64,000 bases of DNA from an uncultured Candidatus Saccharibacteria bacterium (GTDB lineage: Bacteria; Patescibacteriota; Minisyncoccia; Phycocordibacterales; Phycocordibacteraceae): NCBI GenBank assembly GCA_964607655.1, contig CAZSKX010000003.1, positions 4,160 through 68,159 on the forward strand, given 5' to 3'. The notes under the pieces are model-generated. The model ran no database searches and was not told the origin of the DNA. It saw only the letters and a list, made by a program, of their open reading frames with translations. This document shows positions 21,724-31,961 of this stretch, one piece after another (the stretch's first letter is position 1; each line of letters starts with the position of its first letter). Position numbers and translations under genes: made by a program.

Positions 21724-22192
21724 AATTTACTAATTTATTTTAGGGAGCACATTTAATAATCAAGTTGAAGCGCACATATACACACGGGTACTCCCATTGT
21801 CTACGCTCAATTACGAGCAAGAAAAATGGTCGCACACGGAATCGCACTTTCATTTCACACTACCCCACAGCGCGCAGTTTCGACCAACGCGCCATGGGTT
21901 AGTTAGCAAGAGTAACGTGATCCATTGCTAGATCACATATTCAGTTTTCAAAGTACGTCCCAGCAAAGCGCCCCTGCTAAGGACTGCTGTTCAGTATAGC
22001 AGTGGGCCTTTTCTCTGAGCGACCGCGTGTGGATAACAACCGGATTACAAGAACGCAAAAAGACCAAGTATCCGCAGGGCGGATTGGTCTTGGTTACGCC
22101 CTATATTTCCTGGTCCCTACCACGGCGGTCATAATAACACAGACGGGCTAGGACAGCAAACCTTTCATCAGCCATTACAGGCGACCTTAATC

Positions 22193-22945
22193 TTAGGCTA
22201 AGGAGTACGTACTCCAGCGTCGTTCACCGCGTTTTACCACCTTTCCCTGCTCTGTGAGGGAGACCAGCTCCCGCTGGATCGTCTTCTCAGAAACTCCTCG
22301 TATGAGATGCGAGATGTCCTTTATGTTTACCTGACCCTTATTTTTTATAATGGACAGTATCGCTTCTTCTCTGTCTTTTATCTGTCCTTTAGGACTTTCT
22401 TCTGCCTTGCGTGGCTGGCTTACCGGCAGTGCTGGCGCCGGCCGTTGTCGCTCTTCCTTTGGAGCTGCCTTATCCATCGCTGCTAAGGTCGGCAGTTCGT
22501 CGAGAATGACCCGTGGTTCTTCATAAGCCGCTATTTCTTGGAGGAGGTACTGAGCTTCCTTGCTGATAAGGTCAGCATTCATCCGAGAAAGCAGAGCGCT
22601 CGTCCGCGCCACGGTGAGCATACTCACAAGCGAGAGGAGTTCCCGCGGAAGCTTTTCCCTCATCTCGACCAGAGGAAGAAGTGCCGTGTCCACGAGTGAC
22701 ACGGCACTCATTTCGAGCCTGGCTTTAAGACTTACTGCTCCGGCGAACGCAGGGCTCACCGCCGACAACGCCTTGGCAAGGCGCTCGGCCTTTTTATAGA
22801 TGAAGACTCTTCGTATGTCTTTTTCAAAAACGTTATTAAATATATCTTTTTGAAGGACAAAATCGTCCGGATGCTCGTATTTGTTGGGCTGACTTTTATT
22901 GGACAATGGATGCTCTTGTCCGATATGTCTTATTTCTTGTCCCAT
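22193..22945 (-). CDS. hypothetical protein with C-terminal winged HTH (N-terminus uncertain)
   Basis: C-terminal 'EEAILSIIKNKGQVNIKDISHLIRGVSEKTIQRELVSLTEQGKVVKRGERRWSTYSL' wHTH. The ORF-track start at 22999 sits 22 bp from the ftsK start, and the N-terminal ~200 nt is AT-rich, so the start was trimmed to an internal Met. Confidence 0.4.
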   Translation of the reverse strand: MGQEIRHIGQEHPLSNKSQPNKYEHPDDFVLQKDIFNNVFEKDIRRVFIYKKAERLAKALSAVSPAFAGAVSLKARLEMSAVSLVDTALLPLVEMREKLPRELLSLVSMLTVARTSALLSRMNADLISKEAQYLLQEIAAYEEPRVILDELPTLAAMDKAAPKEERQRPAPALPVSQPRKAEESPKGQIKDREEAILSIIKNKGQVNIKDISHLIRGVSEKTIQRELVSLTEQGKVVKRGERRWSTYSLA

Positions 22946-23021
22946 ATCTTTATCTGTAGTATACGCCTGTCCTTTTGCTCTGCAAGAAGTTTCCGCCACT
23001 CCTAAAAAGTTCCCTTAGGCG

Positions 23022-25262
23022 GTGCTACAATACACAGTATCTATGAGCCGGAGAAACAAGAGTGCAGCTCGGCGTGACCGTCGACGTGAGGAAGCGGTCG
23101 CTGAGTACGACACGCTCATCCGCTACACCTCGGCCGTTGTCACGCTTGCTGCAGGAGTCCTCTCCGCCCTAGCCATATTCGGCGCCGCAGGACCTGTCGG
23201 TAGCGCCATCTTCAACACGAGCTACGCCATCGTTGGTGTTGGCGCCTTTGTCCTCCCTATCGCCCTTATCCTCGTGGGTGTGTACGCAGGGTTCGGTAAG
23301 GCCTTTTTAGCCCCGCTCACCACCTCAGGCCTCGTGCTCGTGCTCGTCTCGGTCTTGGCCTTTGCGGGCATCTTCCCTGAAGCACAGTTTGGCGGCATCG
23401 CTGGGACGTCGCTTGGCGGCGCGCTCGCCGGCTTCTTTGGTTTCTGGGGTGCGGTCGTGCTCCTTATCGCAGCACTCGCGATAGGCCTGGCACTCATTGT
23501 CGATCTAGAAATGATTGGGTCGTTCCTTGGTGAACAGGCGTATAGAGTGTACGAACGCTGGCACGCTCCTGCGAACGAAGATGATTTTGAGGAGTTCGAC
23601 GGATCACCGAGCACCGTTCGTGCAGAAGCTGAGGAAGAGGCTTCGGATGCGGACAGTTCATCGCGACCCTTGCCTGAACGCGAACCGATCGTGACCATGT
23701 TTAACCGACCACTCGACGCTCCTGCCTCCTCTGCTGCTTCGACGGGTATCGCCAACTTCGACGCCGAATACACCGCCCCCTCTCTCTCGATCCTTGGCGC
23801 CGATCGAGGCCGTCCAGGAGTCGGCGACATCAAGGCAAACGCCAACATCATCAAGCGCACCTTCCAAAACTTCGGCATCCAGCTCGAGATGGACGAGGTG
23901 TCCGTGGGCCCCACAGTCACCCGCTACGCCGTGAAGCCGGCCGAAGGAGTACGCCTCTCGAAGATCGTCTCGCTCGCTGGCAATCTCGAACTCGCGCTCG
24001 CCGCTCACCCGGTACGCATTGAGGCACCGATACCTGGAAAATCGCTCGTGGGCATCGAGGTGCCAAATACGACCAAGGCTATGGTTGGGCTCGGTGGCCT
24101 ACTCTCTTCGCCTGAGTGGAACGAGAGCAACAAGCCCCTACTCGCAGCCGTTGGCCGCGACATCACTGGCACTCCACACTACGTGAACATCGCAAAGATG
24201 CCCCATGGTCTCGTTGCTGGCGCGACCGGCTCAGGTAAGTCAGTCGCGATCCACGCGATCATCACCTCCCTGCTCTACCGCAACGGTCCAAACCAACTCC
24301 GCTTTATCATGATCGACCCTAAGCGCGTCGAGCTCACCGGATATAACGGAATCCCCCACCTCCTCACCCCCGTGATCACCGACCCAAAGAAAACCATTCT
24401 CTCCCTCAAGTGGGCTGCGAAGGAGATGGAACGTCGGTATAACATCCTCGAAAACTCTCGCGTCCGTGACATTGATTCGTACCACGCAACGATCTATGAG
24501 CCCGCTAAGGCAAAACATACGGGCGACGACGCCGACCTGCCTGAGGCTATGCCGTTTATCGTGATCGTGATCGATGAATTAGCTGACATCATGCAGTCGT
24601 ATCCACGCGAGCTCGAAGCATCGATCGTCCGCCTCGCGCAAATGTCACGCGCGGTCGGTATTCACCTCCTTCTCTCGACCCAACGCCCCTCAGTAAACGT
24701 CATCACTGGCCTGATTAAGGCTAACGTCCCGACTCGTATGGCGCTCCAGGTGGCGAGTCAGATCGACTCCCGTACGATCCTCGACGCTTCAGGTGCTGAG
24801 ACGCTCCTCGGTGCTGGCGACATGCTCTACCAAGGAAGCGATATGCAAAAGCCCGTCCGCCTCCAGACGGCCTACATCAGCGAGCAGGAGATGAAAAAGG
24901 TGGTTGACTATATTAAGAAGAACAACGCCGGCGACCTCTCCTCTATCGACCTAGGCGGCAACGGGGTCTCGGTAAGCGACGCTGGTGACGTAATCGGACT
25001 TGCAAACGGATCTTTCGATGACAGCGAAGACGTGGATGACGACCTGTACGACGAAGCGCGTCGTGCGGTAGAAGAAGCCGGGAGGGCCTCAACGAGCTAC
25101 CTGCAGCGCAAGCTTAAGATCGGCTATTCTCGCGCCGCGCGCCTGATGGATGTTCTCGAGGCCAAGGGTGTCATTGGCCCCGCTGACGGCTCAAAACCAC
25201 GCGAGGTGCTTACCGGCGCCCGCGCTGGAGCCCCAGCTGAAGAGGCTGAGGAGGTGTTCTGA
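23022..25262 (+). CDS. ftsK: DNA translocase FtsK/SpoIIIE
   Basis: N-terminal TM helices, linker, Walker A 'GATGSGKSVAIHAIITSL', Walker B 'IVIVIDELADIM', and a C-terminal gamma wHTH. Confidence 0.85.
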   Translation: MLQYTVSMSRRNKSAARRDRRREEAVAEYDTLIRYTSAVVTLAAGVLSALAIFGAAGPVGSAIFNTSYAIVGVGAFVLPIALILVGVYAGFGKAFLAPLTTSGLVLVLVSVLAFAGIFPEAQFGGIAGTSLGGALAGFFGFWGAVVLLIAALAIGLALIVDLEMIGSFLGEQAYRVYERWHAPANEDDFEEFDGSPSTVRAEAEEEASDADSSSRPLPEREPIVTMFNRPLDAPASSAASTGIANFDAEYTAPSLSILGADRGRPGVGDIKANANIIKRTFQNFGIQLEMDEVSVGPTVTRYAVKPAEGVRLSKIVSLAGNLELALAAHPVRIEAPIPGKSLVGIEVPNTTKAMVGLGGLLSSPEWNESNKPLLAAVGRDITGTPHYVNIAKMPHGLVAGATGSGKSVAIHAIITSLLYRNGPNQLRFIMIDPKRVELTGYNGIPHLLTPVITDPKKTILSLKWAAKEMERRYNILENSRVRDIDSYHATIYEPAKAKHTGDDADLPEAMPFIVIVIDELADIMQSYPRELEASIVRLAQMSRAVGIHLLLSTQRPSVNVITGLIKANVPTRMALQVASQIDSRTILDASGAETLLGAGDMLYQGSDMQKPVRLQTAYISEQEMKKVVDYIKKNNAGDLSSIDLGGNGVSVSDAGDVIGLANGSFDDSEDVDDDLYDEARRAVEEAGRASTSYLQRKLKIGYSRAARLMDVLEAKGVIGPADGSKPREVLTGARAGAPAEEAEEVF

Positions 25263-25585
25263 TGACCAAGCAACTCCTTCTTGCCCTTCTTGCCCTTCTT
25301 CTCTTCTACGGCGCTATTGAGGCCTGGCCGCTCATCCGCGGGCCGCGCCTCATGGTCACCACCCCAGTGGACAATGCTTCTATCGAAGGTGGTGTTGTGA
25401 AAATAGGCGGCAACACCGCCCACGTGTCTGTGTTGACGCTAAACGGCGCTCCCCTGCTGTATGACCAGAACGGGGACTTTTCGTCAACGATGGCCTTCTC
25501 TAGAGGAAGTTCTATACTTACCTTTACGGCGGCTGATCGGTTTGGACGAACAACTACCATAACGCGTACAATTTTTGTACCTTAA
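25262..25585 (+). CDS. small secreted hypothetical protein
   Basis: Signal peptide '[17 protein letters not shown]'. It is translationally coupled to ftsK through an ATGA overlap. Confidence 0.4.
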   Translation: MTKQLLLALLALLLFYGAIEAWPLIRGPRLMVTTPVDNASIEGGVVKIGGNTAHVSVLTLNGAPLLYDQNGDFSSTMAFSRGSSILTFTAADRFGRTTTITRTIFVP

Positions 25586-25602
25586 TTATTAACATTCCAT
25601 CT

Positions 25603-26652
25603 ATGGCATTCGGTAAACCAAAAAAAGAAAAAGTGCTCAAGACCGTTACGGCCGCAACGAAGGATAAGGATGAGCGGCAGCAATCAATTGAACGTGCGTT
25701 GAAAGAAATTCGCACCAAATTTGGTGACGAAGCAATCACTACCTACGGCGCGGGAAAGGTAGAAAAAATCCCGGCTATTTCAACCGGCTCGATCGGCCTC
25801 GACGCTGCGCTCGGGATCGGCGGTGTCCCCCGCGGACGCATCATTGAGATCTTTGGTCCTGAGAGTAGCGGTAAGACTACCCTCGCCCTCCACATTATCG
25901 CCGAAGCACAGAAAGCGGGCGGCATCGCTGCATTCGTCGACGCTGAGCACGCGCTCGACCCTGAGTACGCCAAGCACATCGGCGTTAAGCTCCCTGAGCT
26001 CCTTATCTCTCAGCCAGATACCGGCGAGCAAGCGCTCGATATCGTTGAGTCTCTCGTACGCAGCGGCAACGTCGACGTGATCGTCGTCGACTCTGTAGCT
26101 GCCCTTACGCCTAAGGACGAGATCGAAGGAGAGATGGGCCAGCAGCACGTCGGCAAGCAGGCGCGCCTCATGAGCCAGGCTCTGCGTAAGCTCACCGCCA
26201 TCGTCTCACGATCTAAGACCATCGTAGTCTTCATCAACCAGATTCGTATGCAGATCGGGGTAATGTTTGGTAATCCCGAGACAACCCCGGGCGGCAAGGC
26301 ACTTAAGTTCTATACTTCAGTGCGCCTCGATATCCGTCGCATCGCCAGCATCAAAAAGGGCGAAGAGGTAGTCGGCGGCCGCACACGTGTGAAGGTGGTA
26401 AAAAATAAAGTGGCGGCCCCCTTCAAGACAACAGAGTTCGACATCATTTACGGCGAAGGCATTAACCGTGAAGGCGAACTCCTCGCCCTCGGTGAAAAGC
26501 ATGGCCTTATCGAGAAGAGTGGCGCAACATACAAACTCAACGGCGAGAAGCTCGCTGTCGGCTATGACGCTTCACGCACCTACCTACGCGAGAACAAGTC
26601 GGTCTCCAGCGATCTCTTGAAGCAGATCAAAGCGAAACTCGCCGAGAACTAA
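25603..26652 (+). CDS. recA: recombinase RecA
   Basis: '[39 protein letters not shown]' and the remaining RecA core motifs. Confidence 0.95.
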   Translation: MAFGKPKKEKVLKTVTAATKDKDERQQSIERALKEIRTKFGDEAITTYGAGKVEKIPAISTGSIGLDAALGIGGVPRGRIIEIFGPESSGKTTLALHIIAEAQKAGGIAAFVDAEHALDPEYAKHIGVKLPELLISQPDTGEQALDIVESLVRSGNVDVIVVDSVAALTPKDEIEGEMGQQHVGKQARLMSQALRKLTAIVSRSKTIVVFINQIRMQIGVMFGNPETTPGGKALKFYTSVRLDIRRIASIKKGEEVVGGRTRVKVVKNKVAAPFKTTEFDIIYGEGINREGELLALGEKHGLIEKSGATYKLNGEKLAVGYDASRTYLRENKSVSSDLLKQIKAKLAEN

Positions 26653-26984
26653 GCCGCGTGCGCCAAGCGCGGAGCCACGATAAGTCGTGCTATCTCACGC
26701 GCAAGATATACGACCGCCCCTACGACAAGCAGGGTTAAGATCTGCACGCCAAGCTGTGTATTGAGGAATGCGTATTCAAGATACAGCAGACGCCCCATGA
26801 GATCCTGAGGCCCATTTGAGAAAACTTTTGCCACCCACACTTCCCTACCTATGCCGTAGAGGGACAAGCCGAGTACGAGCGCTGACGCGCTTACGCGATT
26901 TACCACAAGACGCAATGCTCGTATGGCGTGCACGCGACGCATCACTACACGCTCAATCTCTGATCGGTTATCGTTGTTTGTCAT
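26649..26984 (-). CDS. small hypothetical membrane protein
   Basis: Two predicted TM helices. It overlaps the recA stop and the sigma-factor gene. Weak. Confidence 0.3.
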   Translation of the reverse strand: MTNNDNRSEIERVVMRRVHAIRALRLVVNRVSASALVLGLSLYGIGREVWVAKVFSNGPQDLMGRLLYLEYAFLNTQLGVQILTLLVVGAVVYLAREIARLIVAPRLAHAA

Positions 26985-27585
26985 ATACCTTTTTAAATAA
27001 TTTCTTAGCTCGATGCACTCGTGTCTTTACCGCCGGGATCGAGAGGTCTTCTGACTCGGCAATCTCTTCTTGAGTCTTTCCCTCAATAAACTGTAACCGT
27101 AGGATCCGCGCCGCGGTTTCAGGTAGCTTGGCGAGCACGGCAAATACCTCATTGCGAATCGACAGGTCTTCAAAAAACTCCGCCTGCTCGTCAGGAAGCG
27201 CCTCATAGTGTTCGGGCTCGAGCTCGGCTCGATAACTGCGCGCCTTACGTGCGGCGGTGTACTTGGTATACGCCACGCGGTTTAATATCGTGTACGCCCA
27301 CGAAGCAAACGTGGCCCCCTCTTGCGGAGCATAGCGGTCAGCATAGAGGTAGATCTTGGTGAAAGTGTCCTGTACTATCTCTTCGGCATCTTCAGGCGAG
27401 AAGACAATCGCGCGGGCACGACGCAAGAACGCCGCTTCGTAGCGACGGACCAGGATCGCAAAAAGGTCTGGCTCTCGCTTCGAACGCACCAGTATCTGCG
27501 CGTCAGAGAGCGCAGAGAGATCCTCGCCAGTGCTTGAAAAAGCCATGATGTCTGTTAGCATACACGAATCGCCCTTGCTGGGCAC
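26968..27585 (-). CDS. ECF-type RNA polymerase sigma-70 factor
   Basis: Region 2 'FLRRARAIVFSPEDAEEIVQDTFTKIY...FASWAYTILNRVAYT' and region 4 'EEIAESEDLSIPAVKTRVHRAKKLFKK'. Confidence 0.8.
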   Translation of the reverse strand: MPSKGDSCMLTDIMAFSSTGEDLSALSDAQILVRSKREPDLFAILVRRYEAAFLRRARAIVFSPEDAEEIVQDTFTKIYLYADRYAPQEGATFASWAYTILNRVAYTKYTAARKARSYRAELEPEHYEALPDEQAEFFEDLSIRNEVFAVLAKLPETAARILRLQFIEGKTQEEIAESEDLSIPAVKTRVHRAKKLFKKVYDKQR

Positions 27586-27620
27586 TTTTTATAACTCATT
27601 CGTAGAACCAAAAGTTTCTT

Positions 27621-28196
27621 ATGGCAATCCTCGCATACAACGAAATCCTCTCGAAAACGATCATCACTTACAACGGTGAGCCGTACGAAGTGCTCTCTGC
27701 GCACATCTTCCGCATGCAGCAGAGGAAGCCGGTTAATCAGACAAAACTCCGCCACCTCATCACCGGCAAGGTCACTGAGATCTCCTTCCACCAGAACGAG
27801 TCGGTCCCTGAGGCAGAAGTCGGCCGCATGAACGCGAAGTACCTCTATACGAGCCGTGGGGAGAGCTGGTTTGCCGAGGAGAATAATCCAAAGAACCGTT
27901 TTAAGTTCGCTGAGGAGGCAGTACACGACCAGATCAAGTGGCTTGCGCCCAACACGAGCGTCGAAGTTGTGACCATCGAGGACAAACCGGTCACGCTTAA
28001 GATCCCCGTCAAGGTGGATCTCGAAGTAACCGAGGCGCCGCCCACGATCAAGGGCAACACCGCCACAGGTGGCAACAAGCTCGTCACCCTCTCGACCGGC
28101 GCTACCGTAAACGCTCCTCTCTTTATCAATGCGGGCGATGTGCTCCGCATTAACACCGATACGGGCGAATACGTCGAGCGTGTAGACAAGGCGTAG
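27621..28196 (+). CDS. efp: elongation factor P
   Basis: Three-domain EF-P pattern and the KOW region 'GKVTEISFHQNESVPEAEV'. Confidence 0.9.
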   Translation: MAILAYNEILSKTIITYNGEPYEVLSAHIFRMQQRKPVNQTKLRHLITGKVTEISFHQNESVPEAEVGRMNAKYLYTSRGESWFAEENNPKNRFKFAEEAVHDQIKWLAPNTSVEVVTIEDKPVTLKIPVKVDLEVTEAPPTIKGNTATGGNKLVTLSTGATVNAPLFINAGDVLRINTDTGEYVERVDKA

Positions 28197-28199
28197 GTG

Positions 28200-28440
28200 G
28201 TCGGGTATTCTTCTCGAAGAGGTTGGGTCGCGGGGCGATTCGAAGGGTCTGCAGGAAGTGGCCAAGACGGGAATCCTTTAGCGCCGTGGTAACACGGCCA
28301 GAAGAACAGTGTTTGGGCCCCGAGATGCCGGACTGACCTGAACACCCGATCCCGCCAACAAGGGAACTACCTGATAACGGAGACCCCTTGTTGCCTGCAA
28401 ATGCCCGGGGAGCGTACTCGATCCTCCCCGGGCATTTATT
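28200..28440 (+). ncRNA. candidate structured non-coding RNA (unassigned family)
   Basis: About 240 nt with no ORF. A long-range pairing, 5' 'GGTCGGGT' with 'ACCCGATCC' (~28340), encloses a GNRA-capped hairpin 'ccgtg-gtaa-cacgg'. Further hairpins follow: 'acaaggg...cccttgt' and 'aaatgcccgggga...tccccgggcattt'. The strand is uncertain. Confidence 0.25.
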
Positions 28441-28480
28441 TTTATATACAAAACATCGCGGCCCCTTTTGGGGCCGCGAT
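28441..28480. terminator. bidirectional terminator hairpin
   Basis: 'aaaacatcgcggcccc tttt ggggccgcgatgttttgtttt'. Confidence 0.7.
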
Positions 28481-28499
28481 GTTTTGTTTTCCTGAATGA

Positions 28500-28706
28500 T
28501 TACGGAGCAACGTACGGAAGGAGCCCCATATAGCGAGCACGTTTAATCGCCTGAGCGATCTCACGCTGCTTGTTCGCCGGGACGCCCGTGCGCTTCTTCC
28601 CAAGGATTTTCGCATGCGCGGTCGTGAACTGCTTCAGATACACCACATCCTTGTAGTCGATGTGCTTCTTAATCTCAATTTCTTCTCGTTCTGCTTGATA
28701 TGCCAT
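28500..28706 (-). CDS. rpsR: 30S ribosomal protein S18
   Basis: '[48 protein letters not shown]'. Confidence 0.9.
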   Translation of the reverse strand: MAYQAEREEIEIKKHIDYKDVVYLKQFTTAHAKILGKKRTGVPANKQREIAQAIKRARYMGLLPYVAP

Positions 28707-28730
28707 GATAGTAAACGTTACGGTTCTAAT

Positions 28731-29177
28731 TTAGAAAGGAATATCTTCTGGGTTGATCTCCTCATCGGGATACTGGATCTCGTCGCCCTTCGGCGCTGGC
28801 TGTTCTTCAGTCATGCTCGGGCCGCCGCTACTCTGCCCTGCGCCCTTGCCTCCGTCCGCGCCAAACTGGAAGTTCTCGACGACGATTTCTGTGCGGTAGT
28901 TCTTCTTGCCATCCTGCCCATCCCACGAACGCGTGGTGATACGTCCTTCGACGAAGATCGGCCGACCTTTCTTGCAGTATTGAGCAATGACCTCGGCAGT
29001 GCGCCCGAACGCAACGATATTGTGGAACTCTGTCGCCTCTTGTTTACCACCGTTCTTGTCCTTATACGTACGGTTGGTCGCAAGACCGAAGTTTACTACC
29101 TGGCCGCCTGACGGAAGAGCCTTGAGCTCTGGGTCACGCGTGAGGTTGCCGTAGAGGAATACTTTGTTGAGGTACAT
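28731..29177 (-). CDS. ssb: single-stranded DNA-binding protein
   Basis: OB fold 'LNKVFLYGNLTRDPELK...' and an acidic C-terminal tail '...DIPF'. Confidence 0.9.
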   Translation of the reverse strand: MYLNKVFLYGNLTRDPELKALPSGGQVVNFGLATNRTYKDKNGGKQEATEFHNIVAFGRTAEVIAQYCKKGRPIFVEGRITTRSWDGQDGKKNYRTEIVVENFQFGADGGKGAGQSSGGPSMTEEQPAPKGDEIQYPDEEINPEDIPF

Positions 29178-29179
29178 GG

Positions 29180-29680
29180 TTAGAGTGTAGCACTCTGAAG
29201 CGCCGCATCGAGCTCAGCATCTGGCGTCACCTCTACTTCTTCGGCCGCCGTCTCTTCAGGAGCCGTCTTATTAGATGCCGCGGCAAACTCGCGGATCTCT
29301 ACCGCATGACGTGCCGCCTCTTTGGTCGTCACAAGATCGATGAAACGAACGAACGACTTGTTTGCACTCGCAGCAGCCACCACTTCAGCATGAGCCTCAG
29401 GAGTCGCTTCATACGCGATCCAAGAGAAATACGCGCTGTTAAAGTCTCGACGTCCGGCGGTCTCCTGACGCGAGATGGTGTATGCCAGCTGAATCATCTG
29501 CGGCTCACCCTCTGCGACAAGCGTACCGTTAGCACTAATAATATCCCGAACTGCCTCGTAGGCCTTCTTAATGCCTTCGGTTGGAAGCTCTGGATCGAGG
29601 TGGAATCCGAGCTCGTATATACGAACTTCAGACTCTCCATCGAGCTCCATCTCTGGAGCAACATCCTTATTTTTAGCCAT
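29180..29680 (-). CDS. rpsF: 30S ribosomal protein S6 (with acidic C-terminal extension)
   Basis: 'VRIYELGFHLDPELP...' S6 fold. It sits in the conserved rpsF-ssb-rpsR arrangement. Confidence 0.85.
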   Translation of the reverse strand: MAKNKDVAPEMELDGESEVRIYELGFHLDPELPTEGIKKAYEAVRDIISANGTLVAEGEPQMIQLAYTISRQETAGRRDFNSAYFSWIAYEATPEAHAEVVAAASANKSFVRFIDLVTTKEAARHAVEIREFAAASNKTAPEETAAEEVEVTPDAELDAALQSATL

Positions 29681-29730
29681 AATTCCCGCATCGTACCACC
29701 GTTTCAGCGGGCTCGCAAGAACGGCCAGCC

Positions 29731-30522
29731 CTAGAGCGCAAAGAGTCTTTGGGCGTTTGCGAGAAGGGTCTGTCGGACAGTCTCTGTGTTTTCTTGGCGG
29801 ATCTCGGCGATCTTCTCCACCACGTCGACTACCGAGAGCGGGTCGTTGCGCTGACCACGCCGGGAGGAGGGGGCGACGTAGGGAGCATCGGTCTCGGCGA
29901 GAATGCTGTCGAGAGGAACGTGTTTAATCACCTCGTCGTAGTCGCGAGCAAAAGTAACCACTGCCGTGAAGGAAAGCGTAAATCCGAGTGCAACGAGAGC
30001 GTCCGCTTCTTTGATCCCGCCGACAAAGAAATGAATGTCACCACGAAGGTTTGAGTTCGCGCTTTTTGCCTCATGCAAAATCTCGATCAGATCTTGATAC
30101 GCATCTTGAGTCCCCTTACTCGGACGCGCGTGGATGATGAGCGGCTTATCGAACTCTGCGGCGAGTGCAATGTGTTTTTTAAACAATTCTTTCTGTTTGG
30201 CTTTGACACCATCGTTCACCTCGAGCGGTCGAAAATAATCGAGCCCACACTCCCCCACTGCCACCACACGCGGATTTCTCAGAAGCCCGCGGAGCGTCGC
30301 CTCATCAAAAGGCTCATCGTGATTAGGGTGCTGTCCTACTGAGGCGTAGAGATGCCCGTGCTGCTCCGCATGCATCACTGCCTTTGTCGAAGATTCTGCG
30401 TCGACACCGACGACAATTCCCGCCACCTGCTCGTCTCGCATCTTCTCGATCAGCGCGTCGCGATCAAGGTCGTATTGGTCGAACTGCACATGGCAGTGCG
30501 CGTCGAAATACTTAGGCGTCAT
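29731..30522 (-). CDS. TatD-family metal-dependent DNase/hydrolase
   Basis: 'YFDAHCHVQFDQY' and downstream His/Asp motifs of the TatD family. Confidence 0.8.
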   Translation of the reverse strand: MTPKYFDAHCHVQFDQYDLDRDALIEKMRDEQVAGIVVGVDAESSTKAVMHAEQHGHLYASVGQHPNHDEPFDEATLRGLLRNPRVVAVGECGLDYFRPLEVNDGVKAKQKELFKKHIALAAEFDKPLIIHARPSKGTQDAYQDLIEILHEAKSANSNLRGDIHFFVGGIKEADALVALGFTLSFTAVVTFARDYDEVIKHVPLDSILAETDAPYVAPSSRRGQRNDPLSVVDVVEKIAEIRQENTETVRQTLLANAQRLFAL

Positions 30523-31955
30523 GCAAGGCGTGGAAAGAGATTCTCGGGCTTTTTGTTCGCTTTAACCGCCTCGAGGATCTTGTCCGCCGTCGTGGGCATG
30601 GCGACCTTTAGATGGACCGCGATTTTCGCGAGGTGCCGGACGAGTTTTTCAAGGTCAGCCCTTGCCTCCTCCTGTTCGGCGGGGTCGGCACTCTTGATCT
30701 TCTTATAGGGCGCATGCTCAGTCATGTACGCATCCCCCTTAGCGACGTGTTCGAAGATAAGGTCCATGGCCTCGTTGAACCTAAACTGTGTAATGAGCTC
30801 GAGGAAGGGCTCTTCGACCGACTCATCTTCGGTCCTCAGCGTGACGGGGCCCGGGAGATGCTCCTCGGCGAGCTTCATCACGCGCGCCACAAGATTGCCT
30901 ATACCGTTCGTTAGATGTGCGGTGTAGTGATCATGAATCGCCTCTTTGGTGAGATCAGAATCTTCAAAAGGATTCATGTGGCGCAGAAGAATGTAGCGCG
31001 TCGCATCTACGCCATATTTCTCGACAAGGTCGAGTGGGTTTATCACATTCCCGAGTGACTTGCTCATCTTCTGTCCCCCGCTCGTAATGAAGCCGTGGAT
31101 AAAAATCTCTCTCGACGGAGCAAGGCCGGCCGACATAAGCATCGCCTGCCACATCGCTGATTGCTGACGTAGGTTGTCCTTTCCCGCAAACTGCGTGACC
31201 GGCCACCAGTGCTCGAACGTGGCGACGTCATCGGGCCATCCAATAACCGAGATGTAATTGACGAGTGCGTCGAACCACACGTACATCACATGCTCGTCAT
31301 CACCTGGCACGGGAATGCCCCACGCAAGTTTTTCTTTGCGCCGTGAAATACTGAAGTCTTTAAGACCCGCAGAAACAAACGAGCGAATCTCACCTAGGCG
31401 CTCTTTCGGTATGACAAACTCAGCCTGCTCAGCGTACAGCTCAAGGAGTGGTTGCTGATATTTTGAAAACCGAAAATAATAATTCTCCTCCGTACGAATC
31501 TCGAGATCTTGGTTGGGATGGAGCGGACAACGACCATCAACCAGTTCTGACCCGGTCTTCTCGAGCTCGCAGCCTGTGCAATATTTCACCTCGTAAGTCG
31601 CTTTATAAATGTCCCCCGCATCGGCGCACTTCTGCCAAAACGCCTGAGCTGCCTTTATGTGGCGGGGGTCGGTAGTACGAGTAAACGCATCAAAAGATAT
31701 GTTTAGTTTCTCGGCAAAGTCTTTAAAATAGCCTGCGAATTCATCGGTATATGCTTCGAGGCTCTTCCCCTCGGCCTCAGCCTTCTTGGCGATTTTGGCC
31801 CCGTGCTCGTCGGTACCTATGTTAAGAAACACCTCCTCTCCCTTAAGTCGCAGGGCGCGCACGTAGCAATCAGCTTCTACAAACTCGAGCGCGTGCCCGA
31901 GATGGGGCCGGTCGTTCACGTACGGAAGCGTGGTGGTAATGTAGCGCGCACTCAT
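30519..31955 (-). CDS. metG: methionyl-tRNA synthetase
   Basis: 'PYVNDRPHLGHALEF' HIGH-region and 'KMSKSLGNVI'. Confidence 0.9.
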   Translation of the reverse strand: MSARYITTTLPYVNDRPHLGHALEFVEADCYVRALRLKGEEVFLNIGTDEHGAKIAKKAEAEGKSLEAYTDEFAGYFKDFAEKLNISFDAFTRTTDPRHIKAAQAFWQKCADAGDIYKATYEVKYCTGCELEKTGSELVDGRCPLHPNQDLEIRTEENYYFRFSKYQQPLLELYAEQAEFVIPKERLGEIRSFVSAGLKDFSISRRKEKLAWGIPVPGDDEHVMYVWFDALVNYISVIGWPDDVATFEHWWPVTQFAGKDNLRQQSAMWQAMLMSAGLAPSREIFIHGFITSGGQKMSKSLGNVINPLDLVEKYGVDATRYILLRHMNPFEDSDLTKEAIHDHYTAHLTNGIGNLVARVMKLAEEHLPGPVTLRTEDESVEEPFLELITQFRFNEAMDLIFEHVAKGDAYMTEHAPYKKIKSADPAEQEEARADLEKLVRHLAKIAVHLKVAMPTTADKILEAVKANKKPENLFPRLA

Positions 31956-31961
31956 ACTTCT

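Noticed and set aside
28200-28440. Assignment of the structured region specifically as SRP RNA (ffs)
   Set aside because: Only a short motif resemblance was seen. I could not reconstruct the helix-8 tetraloop and symmetric-loop pairing, so I kept it as an unassigned ncRNA candidate.
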